Below are positions 28,284 through 41,390 of a DNA stretch of 64,000 nt, piece after piece; within the stretch, counting starts at the first letter, position 1, and each line of letters opens with the position of its first letter. The DNA comes from Dictyostelium discoideum (lineage: Eukaryota). The notes under the pieces are model-generated. The model did not search any database. It was not told the DNA's origin and worked only from the letters and a program-made list of their open reading frames with translations. A program made the translations under genes and the position numbers. Location of the stretch: positions 4,544,001 through 4,608,000 of the forward strand of contig CM000153.2 in NCBI GenBank assembly GCA_000004695.1, written 5' to 3'.

Positions 28284-30182
28284 TTAATTTAAATTATGTT
28301 TTGATGACCAAATATTTAAATTATCAGGTGATTTTTCATTTTCTAAATGTCTATCAACAATTCTTTTACCTGAAATGAATCTCATTGCTTCAGAATAAGT
28401 TGATGGTAAGATTTGTTTAATTTTTGAATTGAAATTTATTGAAGAATCAGGAGATGTAGGTGGTTTAGTATTTTCACCAGATGGTGAACAATAAAAGGTG
28501 AAATTGAAAATATTTGAAAGTTTCTTTTTACCAATGTATGGATTTGTAACGTAAGCTAAAACTTCGACTTGAGCATAATAATTTTGAGGTAAATTTGGAA
28601 TTGATTGAGAGTAGACAATTGTTGATTCCAATGTGAGAATATCACCAATCTCCACTGGTAATAAGAAGGTGATATCATCCATAGCACAGAATCTTGGTAA
28701 TGATGAATTGAATTTCATAAAACAAGTGGTGAATGCAGTTTCAAAACCTTTACGTAATAAATAACCACCGAAAATATTACCATTGATATTTCTCTCTTGT
28801 GGTTGACATAAAATCACAGATTGACAAGTTGTGTCACTCATTTGAATTAGTTCCAATTTCGATGATTTCTCTTCATTTTTTGCAGTCATGAATAGGGTGT
28901 GAATGGTTTGTAATTCCGATGCTGTTGGTGTTGTTAAATCCAATGATTGTTGTTTATGACTAATACGACATTCTTTATGTTTTTCACCATTTTCAAAGAG
29001 TTTTCTCTCATAGTCACTCGTGGTTCTTAGATGATTCACTGGTGATGCTTTACCATTCTCTCTGGCAACCATTGTAAAGTAGGCAACTAAAACCGGTTCG
29101 TGTTGTAAGGTTTCGTTGTTTTTAGAGGACAACTTTATCATTACCTCCATTGAACTCTTACCAACATAAGTTACAACACCTTCCATCTTTATATCTCTAT
29201 CTGGCATCAATGGTTGTAATAAACTTATACGATCGACTGATGCTGTAACAATAGTTTTCTTGAAAGTATCTTCATCATTCTCTGCATGTTTAAATGATAC
29301 TGTGCCTGCCAATGCATCCAAATCCTCCAACAATCTGCCAATTCTTAAATGACCATAAGGTGATAAATAAATTTCTCTCAATGCCATATCTGAACTAAAA
29401 AATAAATCAACTTCTGTATAACTATCAATTGGTATTTTAGTTGTTAAAATTGGTGGTGATTTTATTATTGGTGTTGGTGTTGGTGTTGAGGTATTGGTGG
29501 TGCTAGAATCCATATGAACTGTATGTTGATGTTGATGTTGATGTTGATTCTCTTCAATTAATTGATCTTTTGTTTTTCTTGATTTCCATAAATGATCAGT
29601 TACAGCTGTACGATTTAAATAAGAGGTACGTGGTGAATTATCAGGTTTTTGATCACCCCAATTCAATTGATGTGATTTCAAGGGTGAGATTGAAAAATTT
29701 TGACCAGAAAATGTGAATGCTTTCATATCAACTGCACGTGTAAAATCACTTTTAGTTTGAAATGAAATATAAACGAAACCAACTTCACCATCGAATACCA
29801 TTTTAATACCATGCGGTGTAATTTTAAAATCTTTAAATTGTTGCCAAATATCACGTGTCGTTATATTACTTGGTACACCTCTAATCTCTATTGTATTTTG
29901 TGAATCGATTATATCATCAAATGATGTTTTATTCTTATGTATAAATGAATCACTATTTGAACTTGATGCTGCTACTGCTGATGCTGTTCTTAATGTTGGT
30001 GTTGTAAAATAATTTCTTTTTTCATTATTATTTTGATTTAAAGTATTATATTTATTATTACTATTACTAAAATTACAATTATTATTATTATTATTAATTC
30101 TTGATAAAACTATACCATTATTTAAATTATTTATTATTATTGTTTTATTCTTATTTATTGTTTTAACTAAATTACAATACAT
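28284..30182 (-). CDS. Acyl-CoA thioesterase of the ACOT9/ACOT10 type (tandem hotdog folds), 632 aa. It has an N-terminal mitochondrial-presequence-like region and an RRM-like module.
   Basis: The C-terminal 400 aa reads REIYLSPYGHLRIGRLLEDLDALAGTVSFKH...MEGVVTYVGKSSMEVMIKL and ...NIFGGYLLRKGFETAFTTCFMKF...FCAMDDITFLLPVEIGDILTL. These match the ACOT9 first and second hotdog domains (IFGGFLMRKAYELAWA...). The N-terminal segment IEIRGVPSNITTRDIWQQFKDF...GEVGFVYISFQTKSDFTRAV resembles an RRM (RNP2 then RNP1 GFVYISF). Confidence 0.7.
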   Translation of the reverse strand: MYCNLVKTINKNKTIIINNLNNGIVLSRINNNNNNCNFSNSNNKYNTLNQNNNEKRNYFTTPTLRTASAVAASSSNSDSFIHKNKTSFDDIIDSQNTIEIRGVPSNITTRDIWQQFKDFKITPHGIKMVFDGEVGFVYISFQTKSDFTRAVDMKAFTFSGQNFSISPLKSHQLNWGDQKPDNSPRTSYLNRTAVTDHLWKSRKTKDQLIEENQHQHQHQHTVHMDSSTTNTSTPTPTPIIKSPPILTTKIPIDSYTEVDLFFSSDMALREIYLSPYGHLRIGRLLEDLDALAGTVSFKHAENDEDTFKKTIVTASVDRISLLQPLMPDRDIKMEGVVTYVGKSSMEVMIKLSSKNNETLQHEPVLVAYFTMVARENGKASPVNHLRTTSDYERKLFENGEKHKECRISHKQQSLDLTTPTASELQTIHTLFMTAKNEEKSSKLELIQMSDTTCQSVILCQPQERNINGNIFGGYLLRKGFETAFTTCFMKFNSSLPRFCAMDDITFLLPVEIGDILTLESTIVYSQSIPNLPQNYYAQVEVLAYVTNPYIGKKKLSNIFNFTFYCSPSGENTKPPTSPDSSINFNSKIKQILPSTYSEAMRFISGKRIVDRHLENEKSPDNLNIWSSKHNLN

Positions 30183-30434
30183 TTTATTATTAATTATTAT
30201 TACAAATAAAAAAATAAAAAAATAAAAAAAAAATGAAAATTAAAAATTAAAAAAATAAAAAAAAAAAAAATCAAAGCGTGCTTCCCAAAGCACAGAATTA
30301 AAAAAAAAAAAATTAAAAAAAAAAATAAAAATAAAAAATTGGAATTGACCAAAATTGGAAAGTGTATATAATTTAAAACTAAGACTAACTTTATTATTTA
30401 TCTTGTTTTTTTTTTGAAAGATAGTTAAATTTAA

Positions 30435-30465
<31 letters not shown>

Positions 30466-30506
30466 CATTTTTTTTTTTTTTTTTAAAGTTCAAAATTAAT
30501 TAATTA

Positions 30507-30539
<33 letters not shown>

Positions 30540-31106
30540 GAACATGTATTATTTTTTAAATTGTAGTTGTTTTTTTTTATTATTTCTATTTTTTTTTTTT
30601 TTTTAAATTTTTATTATTTTATTATTTTTATTATTTTATTTTTTATTTTTTATTTTTTTTTTTTAATTTTCAAAAAATAAAATCTAAACTGTAAAATAAA
30701 AACAATAAAATTACACTCCTAATTTTATTGTTCTTAATTTTATTTAATTATTTTTTTTTCTCCATATTAAATTTTAAGCGCTTAAAATTTAAAAATTTAA
30801 AAATTTAAAAATTCAAAAAAAAAAAAAAAAACAGTTTTTTTTTTTAAAAAAAATAACGAATAATAAAATTTGAAATGTAAAAATCCAAAATGAAAAAATT
30901 TTTATATGACTTACCACACCAACTTTTTCGAAAATTTTCAAAAATAGTGTTTTTTTTTTTTAAATAAATTGAAAATTTTTTTTTATTTTTTTTTTTTTCT
31001 CCAACACATTCCAATCATTTATTTTTTTATTTTTTAAAAAAGCAGTACAAATCAACTTAAAAAAAGTTTTTTTTTTATATTCAATAGTCAATTAATATAA
31101 TTCAAA

Positions 31107-31571
31107 ATGGTATTCGTTAAAGGTCAAAAGAAAGCAACCAAAGGTTCAACTCAATCTGGTGAAGAGAAAACCGCTTCAACCACCCCAAAAGTAACCAAAA
31201 CCCCAACTGAAGGTGGTGAAAAGAAGAGAAAGAAGAGAAAGTCTGACTACACCTCATTCTCAACCTACATCCACAAGTTATTGAAACAAATTACTCCACC
31301 AACCAATGCCAAGAGTAATGAAAAAGGTGATAGAAAATTCACTATCTCATCCAAAGCCATGTCTGTAATGAACTCCTTTGTCCACGATATCTTTGACAGA
31401 ATCGCCACCGAAGCTTCTGGTTTAGCCAAAAAGAAGAAGAGACAAACTTTACACTCAAGAGATATTCAAGTTGCCGTTCGTATCATTCTCACTGGTGAGT
31501 TAGCTAAACATGCCATCTTACAAGGTATGACTGCTGTCAACAAGTACAATCCAACTGAAAGCAAAAACTAA
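31107..31571 (+). CDS. Histone H2B variant, 154 aa. It has an extended Lys/Thr-rich N-tail and a 10-aa insertion relative to canonical H2B.
   Basis: [26 protein letters not shown]...[68 protein letters not shown] is collinear with the H2B histone fold ([39 protein letters not shown]...[30 protein letters not shown]). Confidence 0.9.
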   Translation: MVFVKGQKKATKGSTQSGEEKTASTTPKVTKTPTEGGEKKRKKRKSDYTSFSTYIHKLLKQITPPTNAKSNEKGDRKFTISSKAMSVMNSFVHDIFDRIATEASGLAKKKKRQTLHSRDIQVAVRIILTGELAKHAILQGMTAVNKYNPTESKN

Positions 31572-31804
31572 ATTGGTTCCAAATGAACTATATTCCTTAA
31601 AAAAATATAGTTTCCAATTTTCTTTTTTTTTTGTACTCTCTCTATCATTCTTTTTTAAAAAAAAAAAAAATCAAAAAAAAAAAAAAATATTATAATTCAA
31701 AATATAATTTCAAAAGGTGTTTTTTAACACCATCCAAAAAAACAAAGTTTTTTAAATTGATATAATAATCTATCTTTGAGTTTATAATAATAGAAGAAGT
31801 TGTG

Positions 31805-31849
<45 letters not shown>

Positions 31850-31967
31850 TAAAAATAAATTAAATTTGTACATATAATAATTTTCAAAAATTTTATTATC
31901 TTTATTACAATCTATATTTATTTTACAAAATTTTATGTTTGTTTTATCGTTATTGTGTGGATTATTT

Positions 31968-32885
31968 TTATTTTAAAAATAAATATAAAAGTATTATTAT
32001 TAATGCTATAAATAGAATTATATAAGGTATATTATTGTTTTTTTGTTCTTTTTTCTTGTTTGTATCTTGAGGAGTTGTTTTTGTAGTTGGAATTGGAACA
32101 TTTCTTTTTGAAATATTCGAAGATGATGAAGATGAGGATGGAGTAGAAGAGGGAGGTGGTGTAGAGGATGGAGTTGAGGAGGAGGAATAAAATGTACCTT
32201 TTTTTTTATAATCTGAAATTAGTTCAGGAAAGAGTTTTACAAAAACTGGATTCTTTAAATTGAATGCCATCGATTGGGATGCAAGTTGTTTTCTAGTTTC
32301 TTTTGATTTAACTATTGACCCAAACCCATTTTCATCTTCAGTCTGTATATATAAGTTTTGTAGATATTGGTTAGTACAACAAATATTATTATTTATTATC
32401 ATTATATCACACTATTGCTATTTTTGCTAATACTAATATAATACTAATTAAAAAAAAAGAGTATGATTATTTGGGAAATAATAATAATAATAATACTATA
32501 ATAATAAATAAAAAAAAAAAACTAATAGACTTACCATGAATGAAATTAAACCTAAAATAATTGTGCAATTGGACCAAAAGGGTGACCAAGTATCAGGGTG
32601 AAAATCAGACATTGAAGTGCAAATCCTTGAATTACAAACGAATCTACCTGATGGAGTAGTCATTAGAATTGAAGGTGGTTTGTATGGATATTCTACTGGG
32701 AATATAATTTGACCATGGTAATATCCACCATGATATGGTGTGTCTGGTGGACCATAAATGACATAATGCCACTCCAAAATATTGCTAATCGAAGGTTTCG
32801 CTATAAATATATCCTTTATATCCTCATTCTTTGATAATGCTAATAATTCTTTCTTTAATCTTGTCACACAAACTTGTGTACTCAT
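31968..32885 (-). CDS. ube2j2: Ubiquitin-conjugating enzyme E2 J2 (Ubc6-type, ER tail-anchored). 2 exons: join(31968..32342,32535..32885). Intron 32343..32534 has donor GTAAGT and acceptor CAG.
   Basis: Exon 1 reads ...[10 protein letters not shown]...[85 protein letters not shown]. This matches human UBE2J2 ([85 protein letters not shown]). Exon 2 ([40 protein letters not shown]...) continues the homology and ends in a C-terminal TM anchor ([20 protein letters not shown]). Confidence 0.85.
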
Positions 32886-32964
32886 ATTTTTTTTTTTTTT
32901 TTTTTTTTTTATAAAAATTTATTTAAATATTGTTTATATAAAAAGATAAGAAATTAAAAATAAG

Positions 32965-32995
<31 letters not shown>

Positions 32996-33202
32996 AAAAA
33001 AAAAAAAAAAAGAAATTATTTTTTTTTTATTTTTATTTTTTTTTATTTTTATTTTTTTTTTTTATTTTAATATTATCTGACCCAATAAATAAATAAATAT
33101 TTTTAATTTTCTTTTTTTTTTTTTTTTTTATTTTTTTTATAATTATTATTTTTTTATTATTTTTTTTTTTTTTTTTTTATTTTTTTTTTTTTATATTTGT
33201 AA

Positions 33203-34420
33203 ATGTCTTATTTTTCAAATTTAAGGGAAAGAATTTTTGGTAATAATGATAGCAATGGTGTGAACAACAGCAATAATAATAATAGTAATAATAATAATAA
33301 TTATGATTATGGAGCAACTGATATAACATTTAGAACAGAATTTTATCAATCAATTGATAGAGTTAGAGTATTAGTTATAGGTGATACAGCAGTTGGTAAA
33401 TCGTCATTAGTTCATTTAATTTGTAATGACCAAGCATTAACTAGGTCTCCATCATGGACTGTTGGTTGTAATACTGATGTCAAAATTCACGAATATCATT
33501 CAAAGGATTATTATATAGAATTTATTGATATTGGTGGATCAACTAAATATAAGATTACAAGACCAATACTTTATCATCAAATTAGTGGCATTATTGTTGT
33601 TTATGATTTAACCAATAAAATCTCTTTAAAAAATGTCAAGAAATGGATATTCGAAGTTTTAAATAAAATTTCACCAAACCAAACTTCTTCAAATTATAAA
33701 TTAAAAGAAACTGAAAGTAATCAAGTTTTAGAATTAGAAAATACAACAGATTCTTTAAATAATAATAATAGTAATACTAGTAATATTAACACCACCAATA
33801 GTAATAATAGTAATAATAATGGCTATTATTATTATCAACATCAATCACCAATTCAATCTTCACCAAATACAAATAATAATAATAATAATAATAATACGAC
33901 AACAACACCAACACAACAAACTCCAAATTTAAGAAGATTAAATTTTATAAATAGCCATAGTAAAAAGAATTTGGGAACTGAAAGTAATATAAATGTAACC
34001 AATAGTATTAGACCTACATTCCTATCACAAACATCATTATTTTTACCTTCAAATACTCAATCTCCAATTACACCACCAATAATTACAAATAAAAAGAAAT
34101 CAATTAATAGTAATAATGGCTATGGAAGTAATAAATCATTAAATAATATACCAGTACTAATAATGGGGAATAAATGTGATTTATATTTTGATAGACAATC
34201 AATCGAGTCTGATAGTCTTGGTAAGTTAAGTTTATTAGTCAGTGCAAAATTTCCTCAAACTTTTAGTCAATCATCTTATAATTTAAGTAGATTAGAAATA
34301 TTTTATAATAAAATGATCTCAAATTTAATTTCAAATAAAAGAGGTGGTAATCCAACTCATATGAGTTTTAATTCTCAAATTTATAATACTTTATTAAATA
34401 ATCCATCTCCACCACCAAAC

Positions 34421-34478
<58 letters not shown>

Positions 34479-34481
34479 GTA

Positions 34482-34514
<33 letters not shown>

Positions 34515-34885
34515 ATAATAATAGTAATATTAATTTTATGCAACAATCACCACCAATTTATTCATCTCAACACTCATACCCCACAGAAAGCGATTATTAT
34601 AGTTTAAATAATAATAATAATAATAATAATATTCAAATCGAATCGCCAACGACTCCATCACCACCACCATCTCAACTTTTTAATCAATATATAACTTCAA
34701 ATTTTACACCTCAACAATTAATGCCACCTCCAACTTTTATACCTACCCACAATAATAATAGTAATTTAAATAATAATACAAATAATAGTAATAATAACAA
34801 TTTGACTATCAACAATAATAGTAACAGTAGAACCCCATTAAGAAGTAGAAGTACATCTTTTGAAAGGAGTGCAAAAAATTTTTAA
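33203..34885 (+). CDS. Rab-like protein 3 (RABL3)-type small GTPase, 560 aa. The GTPase core is interrupted by and followed by long Asn/Ser/Thr-rich low-complexity regions.
   Basis: [46 protein letters not shown]...YYIEFIDIGGS...ISGIIVVYDLTNKISLKNVKKWIFEVL aligns with human RABL3 ([43 protein letters not shown]...YYIELWDVGG...[26 protein letters not shown]). A later VLIMGNKCDL gives the NKxD box. Confidence 0.7.
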
Positions 34886-34941
34886 TGTACAAATAGATCT
34901 CAACAACTAACAACCCAACAACAATGACAAACTACATAAAT

Positions 34942-34982
<41 letters not shown>

Positions 34983-35040
34983 AATATAACTATTTTAAAA
35001 AATAAAATCGACTTTATTTAATGTTTTATTATTTTTAATG

Positions 35041-35560
35041 CTAATTACTATTATTTTGATTATTATTATTATTACTATTATTTTGATTATTATTATTATC
35101 TTGATTTTGATAAGATAATTCAATTAATTTCTTTCTTTCACTTAATTTTGATAATTGATATTCGAGTGCTTTCTTTCTAGTTCTTCTTTCATTTAATAGT
35201 TTTACTTTGATATCTATTGACTCATCGATTGGTGTTTCACAAAGTTCAATCATTTTTCTAATATCTTGTTCAATCTTTTCTAATGGCTCAATCTTTGATT
35301 GATATTCCAATAAATTCTTTTCAATATATAAAGAGGAGGATGATAATGGTGTTTCATTTAAGTCACCAACATCAGAATCGATTGAAGCATCTGCAATATT
35401 ATTGTTATTATTGGTATTATTCTCTTCATCTTCAATAGTATTCTTTTGTTGTGAAGATGATAAAGATGTTGAAGAAGATGATGGTGTTGATGGTAAATTT
35501 TGGTTTGTAGTTTGAGTATTTGTTATAGTTATTGTTGGTAAATTTTGTTGTTGTAATTGC

Positions 35561-35635
<75 letters not shown>

Positions 35636-36600
35636 GATTGCTGTTGTTGTTGTTGTGATTGCTGTTGAGGTTGTTGTGGTGGTTGTTGAGATGATTTATT
35701 TTTACTTGAATTTGAAGAATTTGTAGAATTTGTTGAAGATGGTCTTTTAATTTCAGGTTGTTTTTGAATTTGAATTATTTCAAAATTTTCATCATCTTGA
35801 TCAGAATTATTTCTTGATAATTGTTTAATTGATTGAGAGATTAAATTTTGGAATAAAGTTGATAATTGACTTGGTAAATTATTATGAGTGACGATAGCAC
35901 ATTCGATTGTAAAATTTTGAAGGGATTGATTGAAAGGAATGGTATACCAATAATTATCTTGAATATTAAAGTAGTAACTAAAATTCCAACCAAATAAAAA
36001 CAATTTATTACCATAGTCAAAGAGTAATTTAAAAGGTTTATCGAAACAACCTTGGTTGGCTATAATTGGATATGGTAACGTTTTCATTCTATTCGAAGTG
36101 ATTGAATATCTTTTAAATGATTTAACAGTTAAAATGTAGATATGATTATTCTTTCTATCATTTCTAACGGCCAATACTCTACAATCGGATTCTGGTAAAC
36201 TAAATAATGGAAATAATCCAGAAGTGTAACCATACTTTATTGACTGACAACTGAATGAATAAACTTGTAAATTTGGTTTACCATTCTCTTGATCCAATGT
36301 GCCACCAAATAAATAAATATTCTTTGAACCATCATAAGCCGCTAATAAATTTGAGATTTGAATATCATAATCATCAACCACTTGAAATGAATTTGTAATT
36401 GTATCATACAAATAAACATCCTTAATTAACTTTCCACTCTTTATTCTTGATTTACCACCAAATATATATATTGATTTAAATCCATCATAAACTGGTGTTG
36501 ATGTTTGATTCAATTCAATTGGTAATAATCCTAAATTTTCCCAACTATTTGTTGGTAAACAAAATCTATATAAATAGTTATCACAACCATTATTATTATA

Positions 36601-36674
<74 letters not shown>

Positions 36675-36914
36675 AATTTATATTACAACTAATATTACAA
36701 CAATTATTTGCACTAAATGAATAAATATATTTATTAGCAACTTGTATCCAAATACCTCTTCTGTTTGATAAATCACCAAATTGAATTGTTCTCCATTTCA
36801 TATCGGTAACATTTAACATTTCCATTTTATAAAATGCTTCATCTTCAATAATTAATGATTCTGAATCCTCATTATTTATACCACCACCTCCACCAACAAT
36901 TCCACCACTATTTC

Positions 36915-36948
<34 letters not shown>

Positions 36949-37515
36949 ATTATTATCATCTTGTTTTAATAAAGTATAAATAAAGAAACCATTATCAGAT
37001 AAAGTTTCAGTTGAAGTGATAGTACCATAATTTTCAATACCAATTGATTCAAAATTTGTTAAGAGTACACATGATAATGGTTGATCTAAAAACTCTAAAT
37101 TGTCTCTATATGATTTCATTGCAAAATTTCTTTCACAAAATTCAACAAAACAATCATTATCTTTTAATAAAAGTTGTTTTTCAATTTGTAATAATTTAAT
37201 ACCATTGCCACTATTACTACTAATACTACTACTACTACCGCTAGAATTATTATTTATATTTGAATTTGAGGCTGATGATGAAAGTGAAGATGAAGATGAT
37301 AATGAAGAAGAAGAAGATGAAGATGATTCACCAACTGAACCTTTTTTCTTTGCTAAATTTTTATTATTACTAATACTACCACTATTATTTATTGTATGAT
37401 TTTCTTCTTTTGATCTACCAACTTCTTCTTGTTCCTCTTGTTCTTCTTGTTCTTCATTCTCTTCAATTATTGGTGGTTGTTTTTGTTGTTTTTGTTGTTG
37501 TGATTGCATTTGCTG

Positions 37516-37601
<86 letters not shown>

Positions 37602-38076
37602 GATGTTGTTGTTGTTGTTGATTATTTAATTTTATAGGTGAAAAACAATTTTCAATTGAATCTAAATATTTTAATTTCTCTTGAATATCTTGTTTTTTCT
37701 GATTGAATTTATCTTGAAGTTGTTTTAATAATTGAGATTCTCTATTTGCAATTAGTATCGATAAATCTTTAAATTGATTTGTAATTGCATTTTTACAACT
37801 TTCATAAGATTCTAATAATGATCCAATCTCGTCTTGGAGTGATGTTATCTTTTTTTGATACTCCTCATAGGAGGGCATCTCTGATGATAATTGATTATAT
37901 GATTTATAGAGGTTATCCAAATCATCACATTCTGTAAAATCTTTATGTTTATGACCTTTATGAACTCCTAATAAACATGCTTTACAAACTAAACATTCAC
38001 ATTCTTGACAAAATGAATAATATTTTTGTTCTTTATGAATTTTACATTCTTTTTGTCTTGAATATATTAATACCAT
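35041..38076 (-). CDS. B-box zinc finger, coiled-coil and Kelch/beta-propeller protein (TRIM-like without a RING), 1011 aa. It has poly-Asn and poly-Gln tracts.
   Basis: The N-terminus CKIHKEQKYYSFCQECECLVCKACLLGVHKGHKH is a B-box (C-x2-H-x7-C-x2-C-x4-C-x2-C-x6-H-x2-H). It is followed by about 100 aa of heptad-like sequence. The middle has repeated ...IYIFGG..., ...IYLFGG... and W/Y-rich blades typical of Kelch propellers. The C-terminus has a second coiled coil. (TTG)n on the plus strand encodes (Q)n. Confidence 0.65.
35546..35665. repeat. (TTG)n/(CAA)n trinucleotide repeat, about 120 bp, encoding poly-Gln in the B-box protein.
   Basis: Direct reading. It gives the spurious poly-Val ORF 35532..35726 on the plus strand. 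Confidence 0.9.
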
Positions 38077-38464
38077 ATTAAATATATAGTTATATATATA
38101 ACTATATTTATATTTATATATTTATATATTAAAATTAAAAATATATGTAAATAATTTTATTTGTTATTAATTAACTTTGGTATTATTATTTATTTTTTTT
38201 AAAAATAAAAACAAAAAGAAAAAATTGATAATATTTTTAAAGATTGATTTATTTTTTTATTATTATTTTTTTTTATTTTTTTATTTTTTTTTTTTTCAAA
38301 AAAAAAAATTTATGATAATAATATAATTTTATTTTATTTTTATATTATTGATGATTTATTATTAAATCTTTTTTTATTATTATATATTGTTTTGTGTTTT
38401 TTTTTTCTTTACTATCTATTATTTATTTACTATTATTTTTTTTGTTTTTGTTTTATTTAATATT

Positions 38465-38478
38465 TATTATTATTGTTA

Positions 38479-38561
<83 letters not shown>
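38465..38561. repeat. (ATT)n microsatellite, about 32 units, intergenic.
   Basis: Direct reading. It produces the spurious poly-Ile ORF 38394..38588. Confidence 0.9.
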
Positions 38562-38564
<3 letters not shown>

Positions 38565-39061
38565 TACGAAAGTGCACAAAGTGAGTGATAGTGTTATTTT
38601 TAGTTTATTGTTATAAAAATATATAATTAAAAAATAAATAAATAAAATAATAAAATAAAAATAATAAAAAAATATTAAAATAAAAAATAAAAAAATAAAA
38701 AATAAAAAAAAAAGGATTAATTAATTTAGAATTAATAAAATTCTTTTAAAAATTTAAGTGGGTGAGTTTATTTTGGTGTGTGTTCGAGTGGGGAATGTTT
38801 AATTAAATGATAAAAATCACGATCAAAAAATAAAAAATTAAAAAAATAAAAAATTTTACACACAAAAAAGATTCATATGAGCTAACTATGGTGATCAAAT
38901 TAATTTGTGATGATGGACGATGTGTTGTAATGTGATTAGTGTATATATATGTGTGTGTGTGTGTGTTTATGTGATTTATTTATCTGTATTTTTTTTATTT
39001 TCTTATTATTATTATTATTTATTATTATTATTTTTTTATTATTACTATTTTTTTTTATTAT

Positions 39062-39099
<38 letters not shown>

Positions 39100-39745
39100 G
39101 ACATACAATAAAATTGCACTAGCGATTAATCACACCACATTATCCATAACAAAAAAAGAAAAAAAAAAGAAAAAAAAAATTTAAAAAAAAAAAAAAAAAA
39201 AAATAAAAAAATAAAAAAATAAAAAAAAAAAAATTTTATAAAATTATCTTTGAAATTAGATTTTTTTCCTTATTTAGAATCTTTGAAATTAAAAAAAGTA
39301 AAAATAAAAATAAGATAAAGTAAAAAAATAATATCTTTGAAAAAAGAAATAAATTTTTTGATTTTAAAAAAAAAAAAAAAAAAATATTTTAAAAGTAAAT
39401 AAATAATTATATAAATAATCAAGTTTATAACTTAGTAGGGGTGAGAGAGGAGTGGTGGTGGTGGGGGTTAGATTAGTTATGTTGGAAAACAAAACAAGTA
39501 AAAATAAAAAAATATAATACTTCTGTTTCAATTTAATTTATTATGATTATTTTATTTTATTTTTTTTTTTTTTTAATTAAAATTTCCTACAATAGATTTA
39601 TTTAAGATTCATCCTTCATTTTTAACTACTAATACAAATACTTTTTTTTACCTTTTTTTTTATAAAATTTTTTAAAAAAGATAAAAATATCTTCTGTTAC
39701 AAAAAAAAAAAAAAAAAACTGAAAACAGTTTTTAGCTATAAATAT

Positions 39746-39785
<40 letters not shown>

Positions 39786-39863
39786 AAAAATAAAAAAATT
39801 TGGATCAATTCTTTACTTTTACCAAAAAAATATTTTCAAGGACTTTGGGATTTTCAAAAAATT

Positions 39864-39908
<45 letters not shown>

Positions 39909-40277
39909 TAATAGAAGATATTTTCCTTATTTAGAAACTTTGAAACTAAAAAAAGTAAAAAAAAAAAATTTTATTCCTAGCCATTGTTCAAAAATAAAAA
40001 AACAAAATTATATTTTTAGAATTTGATAGACAGAATGATTACATTCATTTTTTTTATAATTTATATAATTTTGTGCCATTTGGAGTGTTCTATTTATCTA
40101 TACTAAATTCATAATATAAATAAAATTAATTCATTGTTACAAATAAAATAAAAAAAAAATAAAATGAAAAAAAAAAATGAAAATTTTTTTTTTTTTTTTG
40201 TCAAATTTGACAATATTTTCATTTTTTATTTTTTATTTTTTTTATTATACGGTTTTTGGTTAAATTAATCAATATTT

Positions 40278-40309
<32 letters not shown>

Positions 40310-40315
40310 AAAAAA

Positions 40316-41343
40316 ATGTTATTATTCAGAAATTTAAATAAAATTAATAAAAATAATTTAATTTTAAATATTTCAAAAAATATTCAAAAATCATCTTCAT
40401 CATTATCATATTCAACAAATGTTTTAAATAAAACCAATCAAGTTAATAATAATAATATTGAAAATGAAGAAAGTGAAGATATTAATAATGAAAATTATTT
40501 AAAACATTATAGTCAATCAAGAGAACAAATGATGAATGATTATAAAGATAAAACTGGTAAAGATATTTATGAATCAAAAGCTAGACCAATTACACACACA
40601 ATTAAAGAATTTAGAAAACAATTTAAAGATCAATTAGAAAATGGCAGTAAATTAACAGACATTGAACAACCAATCATTTTAGCAGGCCGTGTTAAATCAA
40701 TCCGTATCTCAAGTAATAAACTAGTATTCATTGATATTAATTCATCATTAACAAATCAAGAGATTTCATATACTGATATTATTCAACAGCAACAACAACC
40801 ACAACAAAATAGTGATAGTAATGAAAATAGTCGTATTAAAGGTGGTCAATATTCACTTCAAGTTATGGCAGATAAAAAATTTTATAAAAATTCATTAGAA
40901 TTTGAAAATATTATATTAAATTTAAGAAGAGGTGATATTATTGAAGTTAGTGGTTTACCAGCAAAAACTAAAGTTGGTGAAATTTCAATTATACCAATTG
41001 AAATCAATATTTTAACACCATGTGTTCGTCCAATTCCACAGAAATTAATTGATAAAGAAATTCGTTATAGAAATCGTCCATTGGATTTCTTAGTTAATCC
41101 AACAACTCAAAAACCATTTTATATTAGATCAAAAATGATTACTTATCTTCGTAAATTCTTGGTTGAAAAAGGTTATTTAGAAGTTGATACACCAATTTTA
41201 TCAACAAATGTTGGTGGTGCAAATGCAAAACCATTTAAAACTCATTCAAATTCTTTAAATTTAGATTTATTTTTAAGAATTTCACCAGAATTATTTTTAA
41301 AAGTAAGTATCACATATTATTTTTTTAATTTAAAATTTATTTA

Positions 41344-41390
<47 letters not shown>

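Noticed and set aside
35532-35726. Poly-Val ORF (+); also 37100..37399 and 37392..37637.
   Set aside because: Antisense or alternate-frame readings of (CAA)n/(AAT)n repeats inside the B-box gene.
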